Below are positions 8,084 through 20,544 of a stretch of DNA of 46,072 bases, in pieces. Numbering within the stretch: position 1 is the first letter of the stretch; each line of letters opens with the position of its first letter. The DNA comes from Octopus bimaculoides (lineage: Eukaryota), in the NCBI RefSeq assembly GCF_001194135.2, contig NC_069000.1, positions 36,296,519 to 36,342,590 on the forward strand, written 5' to 3'. The notes under the pieces were generated by a model. It was given only the letters and a program-made list of their open reading frames with translations, made no database searches and was not told the origin of the DNA. The position numbers and the translations under genes were made by a program.

Positions 8084-10134
8084 ATCCACACCATTTTGTA
8101 ACTGGTATTTTATCAACCCTGGAGTAAAAGGCCATAATTACATGTCATAAAACATTAAATTTGACCTCTCTGCCAGACCATTCCAGTACTATATAAAGCT
8201 GTGGAGGCACATGGCTTAGTGGTTAAGGTTTTGGATTTGTGATCATAAGATTGTGGTTTTGGTTCCTGGACCGGGTAATACACTGTGTTCTTGAGCAAAG
8301 CACTTCATTTCATGTAGCTCCAGTCTATTCAGCTAGCAAAAAATGAGTAATCCTTTGATGAACCAGAGTGGGGAGGAGGGCAGAATATATATGTCACATG
8401 GAAACTGGGAAATAGGCCCTATGAGTCTATACGACTTGGGAAGGATTTAAAGCAATGTGAATTTGGTAGATGGAAACTGAAAAAAGCATCCATGTATATA
8501 ATTGATGACGACGACGACGATGATGATATACGTTCAAAATTTAACCTCCCTTCCTGACTTATAACTTATTTCTTCTGGTTAGGTTTAAGGCCAGATATTG
8601 TTTATGTGCAGGACCTGGATGATGATGATGATCGTCATCATCATCCTCATCATCAACATCTGATGTCTGCCTCTTGGCGTCTGTTATTTTCCATCTGGTC
8701 TGCTGCCTTGGCGATGACACGCCGTCGAGGGGCAATCATCAGACGTCAAAGACGCAAAGAGCGATTCACCCTCGCCAACGTTCCCCTGCGATAAATGCCC
8801 CCACCCCACGGTTCTTCTATACAACCCTTGGCCTGAACAGGCACCGGCATCATTTCACACTCATCAGGATAAGAAGCCCGATCACTCGCTACACATTAAC
8901 TAATCGGATGCGAGTTAATACCGGCGCCGCCGTCACCGACGACGATATATATATTATACAGTCAGACAGATAGATAGACAGATAAATAGATATTGAAATA
9001 GGTGCAGGCACGTGATTTCAGGCTCAGTTGCACCTTGAGCAAGTCTCTTCTACCTATAGTCCACGGCCGACCAAAACTTCGTGAGTGGATTTTGGCAGAG
9101 AGAAACCGAAAGAAACCCACCTCATGTGCATCGACAGACATATTACCTGTCTGAACATCCAGCAGACATAAATCAACGTAAAAAACCCCGCTTAAATTCA
9201 AATTTTCTTCACCTTCGTTTGCAACAAATAGATAATAAAATAGATACCTCCCGTAGCAAGAATAAAAGAACGATGCATGATGATGATAAACCCAAGATCA
9301 CTCTTTGTCCCTAGGTCTTCATAATAATACTCAATGGAACCGTATCTACGGGAACGTTCAACGTCGGAAAAGATATTTCTTCTTCGCTTTTCTTTTTTGT
9401 TTGTTTGTTTACTTTTCAAGTCGACTGCCATGTCAAGTAGTCCGTGTCCAAAGTGCTCCTTTTATTTATGTATTTTTCCCCAACGCAATGATATGATTTG
9501 AGAAAATTTTCGCTGATCTGCTAAAGCAAGTAACACCTGGTTTCTTTACGTTCCCGTAACATGGAGGTCCGACAAAAGGGAGCGGCAATAAATACCAGAC
9601 TTCAAAAAGTTAGTACCGGCGTCGATTTGTTCGACTACTTTTCAATGCAGTGCCCCAACAAGGCCGCAGTCCAGTGAATGAAACGAGTAAAAGATAGGTA
9701 CATGACTACACGTTAGGAGACGAGAAAGGTATGGACCCTTAAAAAGATTCCAGTGGAATTTGAACGAAAAATAAGAGGAATGACCCGGTACCACAATGAC
9801 ATTTTGTATTTCTCTCTACCGATCGATCATGCCACCCCAGCTGCTAAATGAAAGATTAGTTATTTAGCTATATTTCAACCCTTATCGAGTAGGACAACGA
9901 TGAAAGACATACAAGCTGTGCCCATCACGTTTTCTCCCACTATGGACAACCTGTCGTCATCAAAAAGTTTTTTTAAAAAATAGGGTACGGTCCTAGATAT
10001 ATAAAAAGGACGGCTGCGTTTGGAACACCGTTCATCAAATGTACGTTTTCTCAACATAGGCCGAACTGGGACTAAACAACAAAGATACAAAGGTCACACA
10101 TTTAAACCTTGGGATGAGTACAGTCCGTCCATTA

Positions 10135-10523
10135 CTGTTGTTGGCACTCCGTCGCTTACGACGTCGAGGGTTCCAGTTGATCCGATCAACGGAACAGCCT
10201 GCTCGTGAAATTAACGTGCAAGTGGCTGAGCACTCCACAGACACGTGTACCCTTAACGTAGTTCTCGGGGATATTCAGCGTGACACAGTGTTACAAAGCT
10301 GACCCTTTGAAATACAGGCACAACAGGAACAGGAAGTAAGAGTGAGAGAAAGTTGTGGTGGAAGAGTACAGCAAGGGTTCACCACCACCCCATGCCGGAG
10401 CCTCGTGAAGCTTTTAGGTGTTTTCGCTCAATAAACACTCACAACGCCCGGTCTGAGAATCGAAACCGCGATCCTATGACCGCGAGTCCGCTGCCCTAAC
10501 CACTGGGCCATTGCGCCTCCACT
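10135..10523 (-). mobile_element. Full-length young B-group tRNA-derived SINE
   Basis: Head AGTGGAGGCGCAATGGCCCAGTGG (box A) ... GGTTTCGATTCT (box B-like), (aac)n tail, CpGs intact, perfect 14-bp TSD cagtccgtccatta (10121-10134, 10524-10537). Confidence 0.92.
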
Positions 10524-10689
10524 CAGTCCGTCCATTATACCGCCAACTTCCCAGGAGTTGAGTAACGTCCGAAAGGACAAACGACGGATTTTCTCCGGCG
10601 CTCTACCGATCCTCCCAGCCATGAAAGAATTGAAGCGTATCAAAACAGTAGCAGGAGTCACTACAATCCTTCAGAGATGTTTGTTTTGC

Positions 10690-10985
10690 CTTCTAACCTC
10701 CTCTTCCCCATTTTTGACAGGTTTCTTCTGCTCTCACCCTCCCTCTCTTGCTATAACTCCTCCACTCACTTCAATTCCCTCCCTTCCTCTCTTTCTATGC
10801 ATATTACACCCTCACTTCAGTTTTCTCATTCTCTCTCTTTTTATTTATCTCCTTTCCTCTTTCTCCTCCTCCCTCTCCCATAGTCTGTTTACATTACTCG
10901 TTCTTTTTCCCCCCGCATTGTCCTATATTTCTTCTTTCTATTCCTCCCCTCCTTGAACTATCTCTTTCTCTATCCTTCTCCAGCA
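10690..10985. repeat. CT-rich low-complexity tract
   Basis: Degenerate polypyrimidine (ctctcttt/cctc) sequence. Confidence 0.85.
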
Positions 10986-11569
10986 AAATTCTATCCTTTT
11001 AATAACAGTTAATAATTTCAGAATGATATGGGAAATCTCTAGGTTTTTATTGATTTGAATTGAAAAATAAAATAGAATAAAACAAGATAATTACTCCGAC
11101 ACAAAGGCTATTTTCTCTTCTCATTCACATAAATCAATCTATATTCCATGTACAATAAATATTTAATTATTCATTATTTAAAACAAACACAACTACTTCA
11201 CTTACATTCACTAAATTAAATAATCAATCGCAAGCGGTGTCTGTGTGTCGATATGTGTTTCTGATTTCAGTGTTTTGTCTAAAAGCATGAAATAACCACA
11301 AGAAACGATCCAGACAATATATATACCTTCCCCAAAAAGAAAAGAAAACATTAGCCCTGTGTTCTTGCCATTAGAACTCTATATTGATTGAACGAATAAA
11401 AAAAAATGCCTTGTTTGCGATTCCTTTGTCGTTTAATTTCGCTTTATATGATTTTCGTTTTAAATACAATTTCATTTCACCAATGTTTTGTTATGGAAGT
11501 GTCACAATTATACATACATACATCATTATTTACATTACATATCTCATTATTTACAATATATATACATAT

Positions 11570-11797
11570 TTATTTCTTTATTGCCCAAAGGGCGCTAAAC
11601 ATAGAGGGAACAAACAAGGACAAAGGGATTAAGTCGATTACATCGACTTCAGTGCGTAACTGGTACTTATTTAATCGACTCCGAAAGGATGAGAGGTAAA
11701 CTCAACCTCGGCGGAATTTGAACTCTGAACATAACGGCAGACGAAATACCACTGAGCATTTCGCCCGGCGTGCTAACGATTCTGCCAGCTCGCCGCC
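11570..11797 (-). mobile_element. Full-length A-group SINE
   Basis: Minus strand starts ggcggcgagctggcagaatcgttagcacgccgggcgaaatgc and ends aaagaaataa. Confidence 0.9.
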
Positions 11798-12291
11798 TTA
11801 AATAATAAAAATAATATTGTTATCACCTGAAAGATCGCATCGAATGAGAAACTTAGCATAGACAGAGTGGACACCCGTCTTTGTGAAAATAAATACTACT
11901 TTGCATATATTGAGTACGCTGTCTCTCATTTGCTAACTTAACGAGTTGTATAATGCACTTGAACTGTTTACAACGGGGTCTTATTAATAGAAAGAAAAAG
12001 GTGTGCTTGTGTGTGTGTGCTCATACATTCCTTAAATCTGCAATAACATGGAATAGTAATAGCATTTATGTGAATCCTTCTTGGATCCATTATGACAACC
12101 CGATTGTTGTATATCTGGAGTTCTTGGTTCCATGACAGATATAACTTGGTATTAGCTCTAAGTTGAACATATGTGTATGTGCGCGCGTTTATACAAGATA
12201 TACATGTGCATATATATATATATATATANNNNNNNNNNATACATATATATGTACACACACAAACGTGTGTGTGATATGTATATATGTATGT

Positions 12292-12332
<41 letters not shown>

Positions 12333-12591
12333 TATATATATATATAAACACTCACTAGACATACTTTTTTTTAAACCCGAAAAGCTAAAAAAAAATATCG
12401 TCTTCACAGTGATGATATCCCCGTTTTACTTGCCTATTCTGTGTACCTTATCAAACTGTCAGTTTACACCTTTATTCTACCTACCACCCCTTTTAAAATA
12501 AGGCATCCAAGCTGCTTGCAAACACAACTGATAAAAGGTTTTGTTAACTGATAAAAGGTTTTGTAAAAAACATAAATAAAACCATTTTTAC

Positions 12592-12750
12592 CGTTGCTGA
12601 ATCTGCATCGAAGTCCGTCATGATGCTCCTGACGTTTGAACGATAAAATCCAAAACAATAAACTAAACTTTGAGCAAGATTGTCAGCAGGAATCGCAGAC
12701 CATTCTGTTGTCTGTCGGTTCACTTGGTTACTCACTACGTTCACTAAAAA
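12592..12750 (-). other. Candidate first exon of a minus-strand gene (ATG 12621; MTDFDADSAT, phase-0 donor)
   Basis: CpG-rich unique leader, agcatcATG ACG GAC TTC GAT GCA GAT TCA GCA ACG|gtaaaa. No homology recognised and no downstream exon found. Confidence 0.3.
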
Positions 12751-12959
12751 TTATCTACGATAGGCCGAAGTTGCTATAATACTAACACTTCTTTTTGTTA
12801 TTTCTTTCATTATATGAAAGATAACAGAAATATGAAATAAAGGAAATTGTGCAGGCTTTCAATTTTTTTTTACAGATTTATAGAAGAGATATGGTAATAA
12901 TTTGTTTAAAGAAATATTTTGCTTTATTTTAATTTATTTATCTTAAATAATATACATAT

Positions 12960-13163
12960 TAAAACAATAAGAAATGTACAAACTAGAGAGGCGACTAAGG
13001 GAAATAACCGCAGACAGCTGTAAGTATGGAAGCAACAATGTGAAATAAATTGACTTAATTCAGTGAGTTTTTTCTTTTTTGTTTCCTGTCTTGTGATCCA
13101 CACAGAACCAGAGCAGCATTATGAGTTGTTTGGTAAACTATAGCAGGACATGTGCGAACTTTG
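12960..13163 (+). other. Candidate plus-strand exon-intron-exon (86-nt intron 13020-13105)
   Basis: Donor GCT|GTAAGT at 13020, polypyrimidine tract and CACAG acceptor at 13105, ATG at 13121, donors GTAAAC (13133) or GTAAAT (13164). Confidence 0.35.
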
Positions 13164-14152
13164 GTAAATCAAATTAATGGTAGCTGAGGTCAGGTCTTTT
13201 TCTCTCGAAGGAAACTTTCATTTACTATCTTCAAGTGTCAATAGATGAGTGGAAATTTGAAATGTTCTGATCTGCTCATATTCTTGGATGAATTCATTAT
13301 ATGTATATTTATAAACATTCCATAGTCCTTTTGTTCTTATAATCTTTTTCTTTTTCACTCCAGTGCAGAAAAATATATCGTTGTATTCACTCTTGTTTTA
13401 TTTTTATGATAGTATCTATATACTATTAAGTATCAAAAAGGTCCATAGTACATCTACGAAGTGATAGCAGAACCTATCCTTGGTATGTCTGATCAAGTCG
13501 TAGATATACGAGGAACTCTTCTGACATCTGATAATAAATAATAATACTACTTGCGATGTTTAGTTATGGCCCTTTGCGATCTGAGTTCAAATTCCACTGA
13601 GGTCAAATTATTTTTTTAATTCATTCTTCCAGCTTTGATACAAATAGTACAGGTACAACATCGTTTTTTCCCCCTGGAACCTTTGATTCCAAGGCCTTTC
13701 CAGATTAGTGATTTTTTTTTTCCTGAAACGGAGGTGGTCACCTTAGTCAACACACTGTAAATTAAACAAATATAAAACTGACAAATTAAATGCAGGTACC
13801 TGTACGTTTGTATAAATGATTAAAAGTTTATTAATACTGCACTGTGCAAGATGCTAGTAAACTAGTCTGGCGACAACGAGATTCTCTTGTTCCTATTGTA
13901 AATTAATGCAGATTATAAGAGGTACCGGATCATCAATGTCCGCAAAGTCGCTTTCTGGATTGTTGCTTGTACTAGAGTCGATTTATATTCCTATAGTGTA
14001 TCCTAAATGTGAATGGGATTATAACAGATGACTAAAAGTGGATATAACTCTTACTCAGTATATTTTCAGCTTTTACACAAACTCAGATTAAATCACTTAG
14101 CAAACAAGTGCAATTCCCAAAAGAAGAATGTATCATTTGGAGGAATGGTAAG

Positions 14153-14365
14153 GCAGCGAGGTAGCAGAATCGTTAGTGCGTCGGACAAAATGCATAGCAG
14201 CGTTTCTTTCGGATCTCCACGTGCTGAGTTCAAAGACTGCCGAGGCTGGCTTTGCTTCTCATATTTTCAGGGTCGATAAAATAAACACCATTTGAGCACT
14301 GAAGTCGATGCAAATTGACTTTTGCCTCCCTTCAAAATTGTTGACCTTACGCCAAAATCAGAGAG
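14153..14365 (+). mobile_element. Diverged A-group SINE
   Basis: ggcagcgaggtagcagaatcgttagtgcgtcggacaaaatgc...gagttcaaag...tcagggtcgataaaataa. Confidence 0.75.
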
Positions 14366-15964
14366 GATTAAGAGGAACGGTGGAATGTGCATTAGAAGGC
14401 TTGGGTAGATGTTTGCAATGTATCTTTGATTATTTTTTCTCATTGTTGCCAATAAAATAAACACAAGAATGTCCATATGCAGTGATATCCAGTCTGTTGC
14501 ACTGAATTAAAAGAAATTCCCCATCGTCACAAAATAAGTCCTGTGTTCAACGAAAAGAAATATACATAAACTTATGACAATGATGTAGTCAACTCATTTT
14601 TGTACCACAAAATATAATTATATATATATATGTGTGCGCGTATGCGGTTCCATTTATATATATATATATACTTGTATATTCAATCTGTCTGCTTTCGGTT
14701 GCTTCCTAGATTAAATGTTAAGGCGTATGAAACTTCAAAGAATAATTCAACGAACGAAGTGAGACATTGTCGTAAATCGAAATATTTTAAAGAATTATCT
14801 CCCTTAAATCACGAAAGCGACGTCTTCATTCAAGATTTTTGTTGCTTCTTAATGGTAAAAAGATAAGTTAGTTTTCTTTGGTCAAGGTCAAACTGCGTGG
14901 GATATTTACAAACAGGGGAAATAATTTAACATATTCCGGTGAAATAACTGAATTTGAGGAAACTAGTGAAGGTCTGCTGTTACAAAATACATAATTTTTT
15001 AGAAAGCAAATAAAATTGCCTTCTCCTTTAAAAAATAACGAAATACAGAGAAACTTTTGAAAACAAATATTTGACAGGCCGTTTCATTTCGGGTTTTTTT
15101 GGACACTCACAACAAATATAAGACATGCGTCAAGAAATTTCAACGCAATTTCCGACCATGACAATTCCTTTTGTTTGTTTTTTAGGGGGGGGGGGTATTG
15201 TTTTTTAATTGCTTTCGTTTTTTCAAATTTAAGTTTATTCGCAGGTCTGTCCTCCTGGTTGAGGATACGTATAATCAGTTATACGGAACAATATATTAAG
15301 TCTACTCCTCAAAGATACCATTGTGGGATTTGAACTCAGCGAAGAACCAAAACAACAAAAGCTGTTAGGCATTTCGTTTCTACCAGTTAACCACCCTAGA
15401 TTGGCATTCTGGTTACTAACCCTAAAGGATGAAAGGTAAAATTAACCCCAGCAGAATTTGGACTCAGAACTCAAAAAACTGAAAGAAATACTGCAAAGTA
15501 ATGAAGTCAAGTCAGTGACAAAGACTTTGTACGGTTGCTTGATCTGGTAAAAGAAGCAGCCAAATCTCCAACAAATTACACCTTACTGTCTAATTTAATG
15601 AAGGATGCATTTGGTAGTATGCTCCCAGAAAAATGTAATAGTCAAAGCTGGAATAACTTTGATTATAAATCTGCTTGTTCAAGGTTAATCTGGGGCTAAG
15701 CTGCTACAAAGACCATGTTTGTAGTTGCTCATTGTTGTAGGAAAAGCAGCTGAATTTTTCTCAAATCACCCCATGTTAAAAAAGAAGGATGCATCGGATA
15801 ATTGATTTAGCCCTATATATAATGTCTGAAAATATAAGACAAGACGGCCATGGTTAAAACATTTTTGATCATTGATTGTTCAATCAGTTTTCAGAAGCTA
15901 AGCAACAACAAAAAAAAAGACACAAGAAAACATTTGAGGAGAATTTACAGACTCTTGTAATACA

Positions 15965-16170
15965 CATTGGAAGTATAGACATATGATTTGAATGCCATAG
16001 GAAAGGATCAAAATGGATTCTTCAAGCCAAGCCAACTGATAGGAAAACTAGAGGTAGACCATGTGCAAGATGGTTGGATAATATACATAGTCTTGGTTAA
16101 TCATGCTTGGGAGTTCGATCATAAAATGTAATAATGGTTGCTTCTGTGGAGATGTCACAACCCTCCCTGT
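15965..16170 (+). mobile_element. Decayed RTE-type LINE ORF C-terminal fragment
   Basis: Frameshifted HWKYRHMI*MP*ER...KWILQAKPTDRKTRGRPCARWLDNI, matching the RTE-clade LRWYGHVxRM...RxRGRPxxRWxD signature. Confidence 0.7.
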
Positions 16171-16289
16171 AATAGTAAGCTGAGAAAATGGATGCATGGA
16201 TGAATAAACTGAAATACTGATGATGCATCAAAATGTCAAGGCAGATCATAAATCTTGAATTCCTGAGTTTTATATGAACTGGCACTCTG

Positions 16290-17665
16290 TTGGTTACAAT
16301 GACATGGACTCCAGTAGATCAGATCAATGGAACAGCCTGCTTGTGAAATTGACATGCAAGTGGCTGAGCACTCCACAGACGTGCATAGCACACCCTTCAC
16401 ATAGTCATCGAGGAGATTCAGCATGACATAGAATGTGACAACTTTGGCCCCTTTCAATTACCGCTACAACTTATTTTTGCCAGCTGAGTAGACTAGAACG
16501 AAATGAAGCAGCTTGCTGAAGGACACAATGAGCCATTGGTAATCAAACTCACAACCTTACAATCACGAACTAAATACCCTAACCACTGAGCCATGTACCT
16601 TCAAGCTCAGTGGTTAAGGTGTTGGACTCCTGATTATAAGATTGTGGTTTTGATCCCTGTACTGGGCGATGCATTGTATTCATTTCACGTTGCTCCAGTG
16701 CAGTCCAGTCAGCTGGCAAAAACAATTATTCCTGTGACTGACTGGCATCCCATGAAGGGTGTAATATATGCACTGCAGGAGCTGGAAAACCAGCCTTTTA
16801 AGTCTATAGGACTAGAGAAGAAGAAGGAATCATTTAACTTCCTGGCTGAATAAAAATTTCATTACATGTAAAGAAGCAGTATTAGATTGTCTCTCTTCTC
16901 TATAATGTATGGTAAATTTTTGAGGCATATTTTATGGAAAGAATAATATCCTTAACCCCAGGAAACATATTACTTGTTTGTGTATGTGTGTGAGGGTGTA
17001 TTCTAGTACACTCCATTGGTTTCAACTATGAGGGTTTCAACTGACCTGATCAGCAGAACAGTTTGCTCATAAAATTAATCTGCAAATGACTGAGCATTCC
17101 ACAGACATGCAGACCATTAATGTAGTTCTCAGGGTGATTCAGAATGTAACAAGGCTGGCCCTTTGAATTACAGGTACAACACATTTTTGCCAGCTGAGTG
17201 GATTGGAATAATGTGAAATAAAGTGTTTTGCTCAAGGAACACAACATGCTGCCAGGAATTGAACTTATGACCTTATGATCATGAGGCAAATTCCCTATTT
17301 ACTAAACCAAGTGCCTTTACACATTGAGTGTGTGTATAAGAGTGTAACTGACAAGAGTGTCAGTTATGACAACAATGTTCTAGTTGATCGATCAACAGAA
17401 CAGCCTGTTTGTGAAATTAACATTCAAGTGGTCAAGTGCTCCACAGACACATGTACCCTTAACATAGTTCCCAAGGAGATTCAGCATGATACAGAGTGTG
17501 ACAAGACTGGGCCTTTGAATTACAGGTACAACTCATTTTTGTCAGCTGAGTGGACTGGAGCAACATGAAATAAAGTGTCTTGCTCAAGGACACAAGGCCT
17601 CACCGGGAATCAAACTCACAAGCTTACAGTGGTCAGCCAAATATCTCTAACCATTAAGCCATGTG
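16290..17665. mobile_element. Cluster of diverged B-related SINEs
   Basis: Minus copies at ~16290-16592, ~17045-17310 and ~17385-17665 share gaacagcctgcttgtgaaatt...ctccacagacac; a plus copy at ~16605-16830 abuts head-to-head. Confidence 0.8.
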
Positions 17666-19029
17666 CTTCAATACAGTGTATGTGTATAAGAGTGTAACAG
17701 CAAGCTAATGTATGATTATCAGTCTGAAATTCATACACGTAGAAGCTTGAGTCTGTACATGTACATAGAAAAGTGTGTATAAGTGTGAAAGGAGTGAGAA
17801 TGTAGATAAAAATATATGAAAAATTTGTGAAAAGGTGTGTAGAATTATTCTGAAGAGTAATTAGGTGAGTGAGTACTGGTGTGTATATGACCTTGAAGAG
17901 GTCCAAAGTGGGCATCAATCAGCCTGAACAATCACAGAATTCTAGGAAGACCTTGAAACATTATCAGTTCAAACCCTTTCTTTCCCTAGCTACCTTTCAA
18001 AAAATGTCTATTTTGATTGCATTCTGTACATGTGTGTCTCTGAGTTCGTATATGTATGTAGGAAAAGGTGTATGTATATCTGTGTTGAAGAGAGAGTGAT
18101 GAGGAAGAGTAAATTATAAAAATTAAAAAATGGGTGTGTGAGATAGACGTAGAAAGATAAGAAATATAGATTGGTATGTTATAGGGAAATATATGTAACA
18201 GAGAGACAAACAGACAGAGAGTGTGTGTATGTGTGTATATATTTGTAACTGTACATTTGTGTGTCTCAATGAAAGAATGTACAGATATTTATCTAGAAAA
18301 AAAAATGAAATAACTTACAAACATATGTATGTATATGTATTCGTGCGTGTGTGTGTGTGAGAGTGAGTGTTTATGTGTAAATGTTAAAATATTGAGATAG
18401 ATAATATAGATATCTGAATGTTAGCAAGATAAGTTATTTCAGTTACAGAGTTGTGACTCAGAAGGGTTGCCTTTAGAATTGCAGTCTGTAATCTTGTCCT
18501 TCAAACTTTTTTAAGTTAATACATAGCTTTCTACTTTCCAACTATCTGGAAATAGGTATTTCTAAATAATAAATGTGATTTTTGATTATGGTTAAATTAA
18601 GTACATCAACCAGGTTCCCCTTCCTGTGTCCAGGAGTTTGCTTGCCAAGACTCCCTAGACCTTTTACTTGTTGCTCCTATTTGTATCATCATTGGTATTA
18701 TTTTGGGGTAATACATGATGGCATCCCAATCTCTCTCATGATGACTGGCCAATGTTGCCTTCACTGATTTAACTCACACTGTCACACCTTTTAGTCCATT
18801 GACCTGATTTGTGTCTTCTGCACTCTGCACTTTTCCAGGTTTTGTGTACTTAGGGATAGACATTACCACACTCATGCATTGCCCTTGTGTTCACTATGTT
18901 GTTTAGCCATTCAGTTGAGACCAGCAACCAGAATGTGGTCAATGCTGTACTCTGCAATAACTATGGATCCACACATGAGCTAAATCCAGGAGTAACAAAG
19001 TTTCTGTTTAGGTCAGCTGTTGTAAGGTT

Positions 19030-19330
19030 ATTTTTAACAACTGACCTTACTGCTGCAAATAACATAGAGTCATCACTATTCAAGTCCAGCTTAGGTTCAT
19101 TATGTATGACAAAAGACAAAAAGAAGCAGGCTAAATACTGAAACTTGTGGGGCAGATACAAGTGGATGACAAATCAGTCATTGACCTGAAAAAGTTATTT
19201 TGATCAGTAAGTGCATTCTTAAGTTTGGACAAGAGTCCATTATACCAGATTCTGTCAAATGCTCTTTTGATAATTACAACTACGATATATATTTCCTGGC
19301 CTTTGTCCAGGTTGTTGTAAAGTCTTGCTG
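19030..19330 (-). mobile_element. Decayed CR1/Jockey-like LINE reverse-transcriptase fragment
   Basis: LDKGQEIYIVVVIIKRAFDRIWYNGLLSKL (cf. DxxKAFDRVWHxGLLxKL) followed in another frame by FFLSFVIHNEPKLDLNSDDSMLFAAV (degenerate FADD region). Confidence 0.7.
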
Positions 19331-19465
19331 TACTACTTTTTGTAAGAAGTGAATTCTTTGCTTGAAATATATATATATATATATATATATAAATATAAAT
19401 ATATAGTTTTAGGGAAAAGATTTTGTCCCTAATATTATTATATATATATATATATATATCCAAAT

Positions 19466-20363
19466 ATCATCATCATCATCATCGTTTAACGTCCGCTTTC
19501 CATGCTAGCATGGGTTGGACGATTTGACTGAGGACTGGTGAAACCGGATGGCAACACCAGGCTCCAATCTAATTTGGCAGAGTTTCTACAGCTGGATGCC
19601 CTTCCTAATGCCAACCACTCAGAGAGTGTAGTGGGTGCNNNNNNNNNNNNNNNNNNNNNNNNNNNNNNNNNNNNNNNNNNNNNNNNNNNNNNNNNNNNNN
19701 NNNNNNNNNNNNNNNNNNNNNNNNNNNNNNNNNNNNNNNNNNNNNNNNNNNNNNNNNNNNNNNNNNNNNNNNNNNNNNNNNNNNNNNNNNNNNNNNNNNN
19801 NNNNNNNNNNNNNNNNNNNNNNNNNNNNNNNNNNNNNNNNNNNNNNNNNNNNNNNNNNNNNNNNNNNNNNNNNNNNNNNNNNNNNNNNNNNNNNNNNNNN
19901 NNNNNNNNNNNNNNNNNNNNNNNNNNNNNNNNNNNNNNNNNNNNNNNNNNNNNNNNNNNNNNNNNNNNNNNNNNNNNNNNNNNNNNNNNNNNNNNNNNNN
20001 NNNNNNNNNNNNNNNNNNNNNNNNNNNNNNNNNNNNNNNNNNNNNNNNNNNNNNNNNNNNNNNNNNNNNNNNNNNNNNNNNNNNNNNNNACTGTTAGGGT
20101 GTGGCACTTTTTCACGCAGCTATCCTCATCCATTCTCACCACATGTCCATACCAGCGCAATCGTCTCTCTTGCACACCACAACTGATGCTTCTAATGTTC
20201 AGCTTTTCTCTCAAGATACTTACACTCTGACGGGTATTCACATTGACATTACACATCCAACGGAGCATACTGGCTTCATTCCTTGCGAGCTTACGTATGT
20301 CCTCAGCAGTTACAGCCCATGTTTCACTGCCATGTAGCATGGCTGTTCGTACGCATGCGTCAT
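19466..20363 (-). mobile_element. 5'-truncated RTE-clade LINE, 3' end with (GAT)n tail
   Basis: DACVRTAMLHGSETWAVT...EASMLRWMCNV...ERRLRWYGHVVRMDEDSCVKKC is the RTE ORF C-terminus; a 451-N gap lies inside it; the 3' UTR matches the D-group copies. Confidence 0.9.
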
Positions 20364-20544
20364 TATTTTAACAGACAGCCTGGATAGCTCTGCTCTGAAT
20401 TCTCTCTTATGTGAGGGCATCACAGAGGAAGTTTTGAATTGTTTTGGAAATAAGCTGTAGGTAAAGCACATACAAAATAAGAGACATAGTGGAGTGGCAA
20501 GTTCCTAAACACAAGTGGCTAATTTATTAAGAATTAAGTGATAA

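Noticed and set aside
8716-8732. SECIS-like ATGA...GA
   Set aside because: Spacing is far too short for helix II and there is no apical AA loop.
10440-10523. tRNA gene
   Set aside because: Box A and box B are present, but it is the head of a TSD-flanked SINE with no complete cloverleaf.
10568-10579. GTCC-GAAA-GGAC tetraloop hairpin resembling hammerhead stem II
   Set aside because: Not preceded by CTGANGA or followed by GAAA.
11968-12501. ORFs rich in YI/CV/HT or SL repeats (also ~26017-26311, 41169-41485, 10558-10956)
   Set aside because: Translations of (TA)n, (TG)n and (CT)n microsatellites or low-complexity tracts.
13344-14150. Further plus-strand coding exons after acceptors at ~13343 and ~13911
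   Set aside because: All frames hit stops before a donor and show no homology.
19527-19550. CTGAGGA-CTGGT-GAAA-CCGG on the antisense strand of RTE tails
   Set aside because: No stem II, no UH cleavage site after the CCGG palindrome and no stem I.
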